NCBI GenBank assembly: GCA_039656095.1
Contig: JBDHMQ010000002.1
Span: 1-36,397, forward strand
Source: Gemmatimonadota bacterium
GTDB taxonomy: Bacteria; Gemmatimonadota; Gemmatimonadetes; Palauibacterales; Palauibacteraceae
DNA: 36,397 bases
Reading direction: 5' to 3'
Below, one piece after another: positions 34,693-36,397 of the stretch. The position numbers were made by a program, and so were the translations under genes. The notes under the pieces are model-generated. The model was not told the DNA's origin, ran no database searches, and saw nothing but the letters and a program-made list of their open reading frames with translations. How positions within the stretch are numbered: position 1 is the stretch's first letter; every line of letters begins with the position of its first letter.

Positions 34693-34720
34693 TTGACCTT
34701 AGTAGATTGTGGAGTAGAGT
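34693..34720 (+). promoter_or_regulatory. Putative sigma70 promoter for the ompA-like gene
   Basis: TTGACC, 16-bp spacer, TAGAGT, in an AT-rich divergent intergenic region. Confidence 0.45.
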
Positions 34721-34763
34721 GTCTTTTAGCCATTCGTCCCAGGATTCGATCCAGGAGGGGACC

Positions 34764-36233
34764 ATGCAGCACTTACGTTCGTTCGCCGCACTATCCGCGG
34801 CTTTGCTGTTCGTAGTATCGCCGCTGACGGCACAGGACAACTTTGGCCGCGGTGGCGTCGAGCTCAACGTTTCTTGGGGCGTTCTCAACGGCGTGGGCAA
34901 CGAGTACGTGGACTTGGATCCGGTGGCGCTCGAAGTCGATAATAATCACTTTTTTGCTGGTCGGTTGGGCTATGTCCTGAAGGCCGGACTCGGCGTCGAG
35001 GGCTTTTTCGGTTATATGTCCAATGACCTTCAGACTACCGGCGTGGCTCCGTCTGACGTGACATTTCTCAACTACGGCGGCGACCTGGTTTGGAATCTCC
35101 AGCCTGAGAGCGCACTCCAGGTTTTCTTCATGGGTGGTGGGGGCCAGCAGCAGATCGATGTCGACCCCGTAGATGGAGCTGATACGGATAGCGAATCGTT
35201 CTTTGCCTGGAACTACGGCGCCGGTGTCAAGCTGTTCGTGGGGCGACATCTGGCGTTCCGAGTTGACTGGCGTAACTACCTCGCGCCCACCGGTCCCAAG
35301 GCAATTCGAGGGATGCTCAATCCTGGTGCAGTCCTCGACAGTGACGAGGGACTCTCCAGCACTGAGTTTACCGCCGGTCTCAGTATCTTCATGGGTGGAC
35401 CAGCCGACGAAGATGGTGACGGCGTGGCAGATACTGAGGATCTCTGTCCCGGTACGCCAAGCGGGGTGGCTGTGGACGGTGACGGGTGCCCGTTCGATGA
35501 CGACGGCGACGGCGTCTACAATTACATGGACAACTGCCCGGACACGCCGGCCGGCGCTTCCGTAGACGCCAATGGCTGCCCGACTGATTCGGACGGTGAC
35601 GGAGTCTTCGATGGCCTCGACCAGTGCCCCGACACACCGAGCGGCGCAACCGTGGACGACAATGGTTGTCCGACGGACAGCGATAGCGACGGTGTGTTTG
35701 ACGGGATCGACCAGTGCGACAATACGCCAGCCGGCGCCGTTGTCGATGCCACAGGTTGCCCGACGGACAGTGATGGCGACGGAGTTCTCGACGGAATCGA
35801 TCAGTGCCCGGGAACACCGGCTGGTCGCGAAGTTGATGCCGAGGGTTGCGGCGAGTTCGAGGCAGCGCTCGCAGAGGGTCGTCTAGTACTGACCGGTGTC
35901 CAGTTTGAGTTCAACAGCTCGGACATCAAGGATGAGTCGAAGGGCGATCTGGATCGTGCCGCGGCTGCTATCCGAGGCGCCATCGCCAATCGGCCAGGCA
36001 TTTCCATCGAAGTTGGCGGTCACTCTGATGCAATCGGTTCTGAGACCTACAACCAGAGTCTGAGCGAGCGGCGTGCAGCTTCAGTTCGCGACTATGTCGT
36101 TTCTGTCGAGCCGTCGATCGCTGGTGCGCTTACGACTGCTGGATACGGTGAGTCTCAGCCGATCGCTTCCAACGATACGGAAGATGGCCGGACACAGAAT
36201 CGCCGGGTCGAGTTCGTAGTAAGTGGTGACTAG
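34764..36233 (+). CDS. OmpA-family outer-membrane protein (beta-barrel, TSP3 Ca-binding repeats, peptidoglycan-binding domain)
   Basis: AGGAGG RBS; signal peptide; VQFEFNSS, GHSDAIGSETYNQSLSERRA, GYGESQP, NRRVE. Confidence 0.93.
   Translation: MQHLRSFAALSAALLFVVSPLTAQDNFGRGGVELNVSWGVLNGVGNEYVDLDPVALEVDNNHFFAGRLGYVLKAGLGVEGFFGYMSNDLQTTGVAPSDVTFLNYGGDLVWNLQPESALQVFFMGGGGQQQIDVDPVDGADTDSESFFAWNYGAGVKLFVGRHLAFRVDWRNYLAPTGPKAIRGMLNPGAVLDSDEGLSSTEFTAGLSIFMGGPADEDGDGVADTEDLCPGTPSGVAVDGDGCPFDDDGDGVYNYMDNCPDTPAGASVDANGCPTDSDGDGVFDGLDQCPDTPSGATVDDNGCPTDSDSDGVFDGIDQCDNTPAGAVVDATGCPTDSDGDGVLDGIDQCPGTPAGREVDAEGCGEFEAALAEGRLVLTGVQFEFNSSDIKDESKGDLDRAAAAIRGAIANRPGISIEVGGHSDAIGSETYNQSLSERRAASVRDYVVSVEPSIAGALTTAGYGESQPIASNDTEDGRTQNRRVEFVVSGD
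35406..35855 (+). repeat. Five in-frame 90-bp (30-aa) thrombospondin type-3-like repeats
   Basis: DxDGDGVxDxxDxCPxTPxGxxVDxxGCP repeated five times. Confidence 0.9.
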
Positions 36234-36283
36234 TAGCTGAAGTTGATGGAGGCGTTCTCGGAAGAGTGCGCTGACAGCAGGAT

Positions 36284-36320
36284 CGGGCCCGTCTCTACTC
36301 TGGAGGCGGGCCCGTTGTTT
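36284..36320 (+). terminator. Intrinsic terminator after the ompA-like gene (possibly bidirectional)
   Basis: 13-bp stem CGGGCCCGTCTCT/GGAGGCGGGCCCG followed by TTGTTT. Confidence 0.7.
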
Positions 36321-36397
36321 ATGGGACTTGCCCGATCGCGTCTTCGGCCGCAGCCGATTCATCCGGGACCACCTCAACAGGGGCACCAATCCATTCG
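36319..36397 (-). CDS. 3' end of an unknown gene entering from the right edge
   Basis: Open frame ...EWIGAPVEVVPDESAAAEDAIGQVP-TAA ends just before the hairpin. Confidence 0.4.
   Translation of the reverse strand, partial: EWIGAPVEVVPDESAAAEDAIGQVP

Noticed and set aside
35406-35855. CRISPR array or non-coding tandem repeat
   Set aside because: The repeats are degenerate, in frame, vary at synonymous positions and have no unique spacers; no cas genes.
36081-36389. 102-aa minus-strand ORF at the right edge
   Set aside because: It runs through the terminator and overlaps the ompA 3' end; a different frame ending at TAA 36319-36321 is more plausible.

Overview
GC-rich bacterial chromosomal window; the gene content (HEAT/HD-GYP-type pair, Omp85 and OmpA outer-membrane proteins, duplicated membrane protein) suggests a diderm, possibly Gemmatimonadota-like, but this is inference only. 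Left part: a HEAT-repeat gene, a frameshifted PduO-type cobalamin adenosyltransferase, a matrixin protease and a 10-gene tRNA cluster with a clean sigma70 promoter. The tRNA-Trp has a 4-bp anticodon stem. A 3-gene B12-radical-SAM islet follows, bounded by a degenerate copy of the tRNA-Arg(CCG) 3' end; then a xanthine dehydrogenase-family operon, a guanine deaminase and an ABC-F. The main candidate for an undescribed system is 13.3-31.7 kb. It has a CydB-less cytochrome bd-like (CydA-fold) protein with altered ligands and extra His, three c-type cytochromes (5 CxxCH), a cupredoxin lipoprotein and an A1 aa3-type oxidase, all in one co-directional block. It is preceded by a putative maturation module: HmuY-like protein, Mrp/ApbC ATPase, ferredoxin, ABC exporter, a USP-USP protein with three K/R-C-P-V/I heme-regulatory motifs and an AhbD/NirJ-like SPASM radical SAM enzyme. 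Three of these proteins carry four copies of the same PCP_red (BchB C-terminal-like) domain. Also present: a MITE, an in-frame TGA in an ABC permease, a ProW remnant, two likely CTG starts and a structured 5' leader. All family assignments come from motif recognition by eye; no searches were run.
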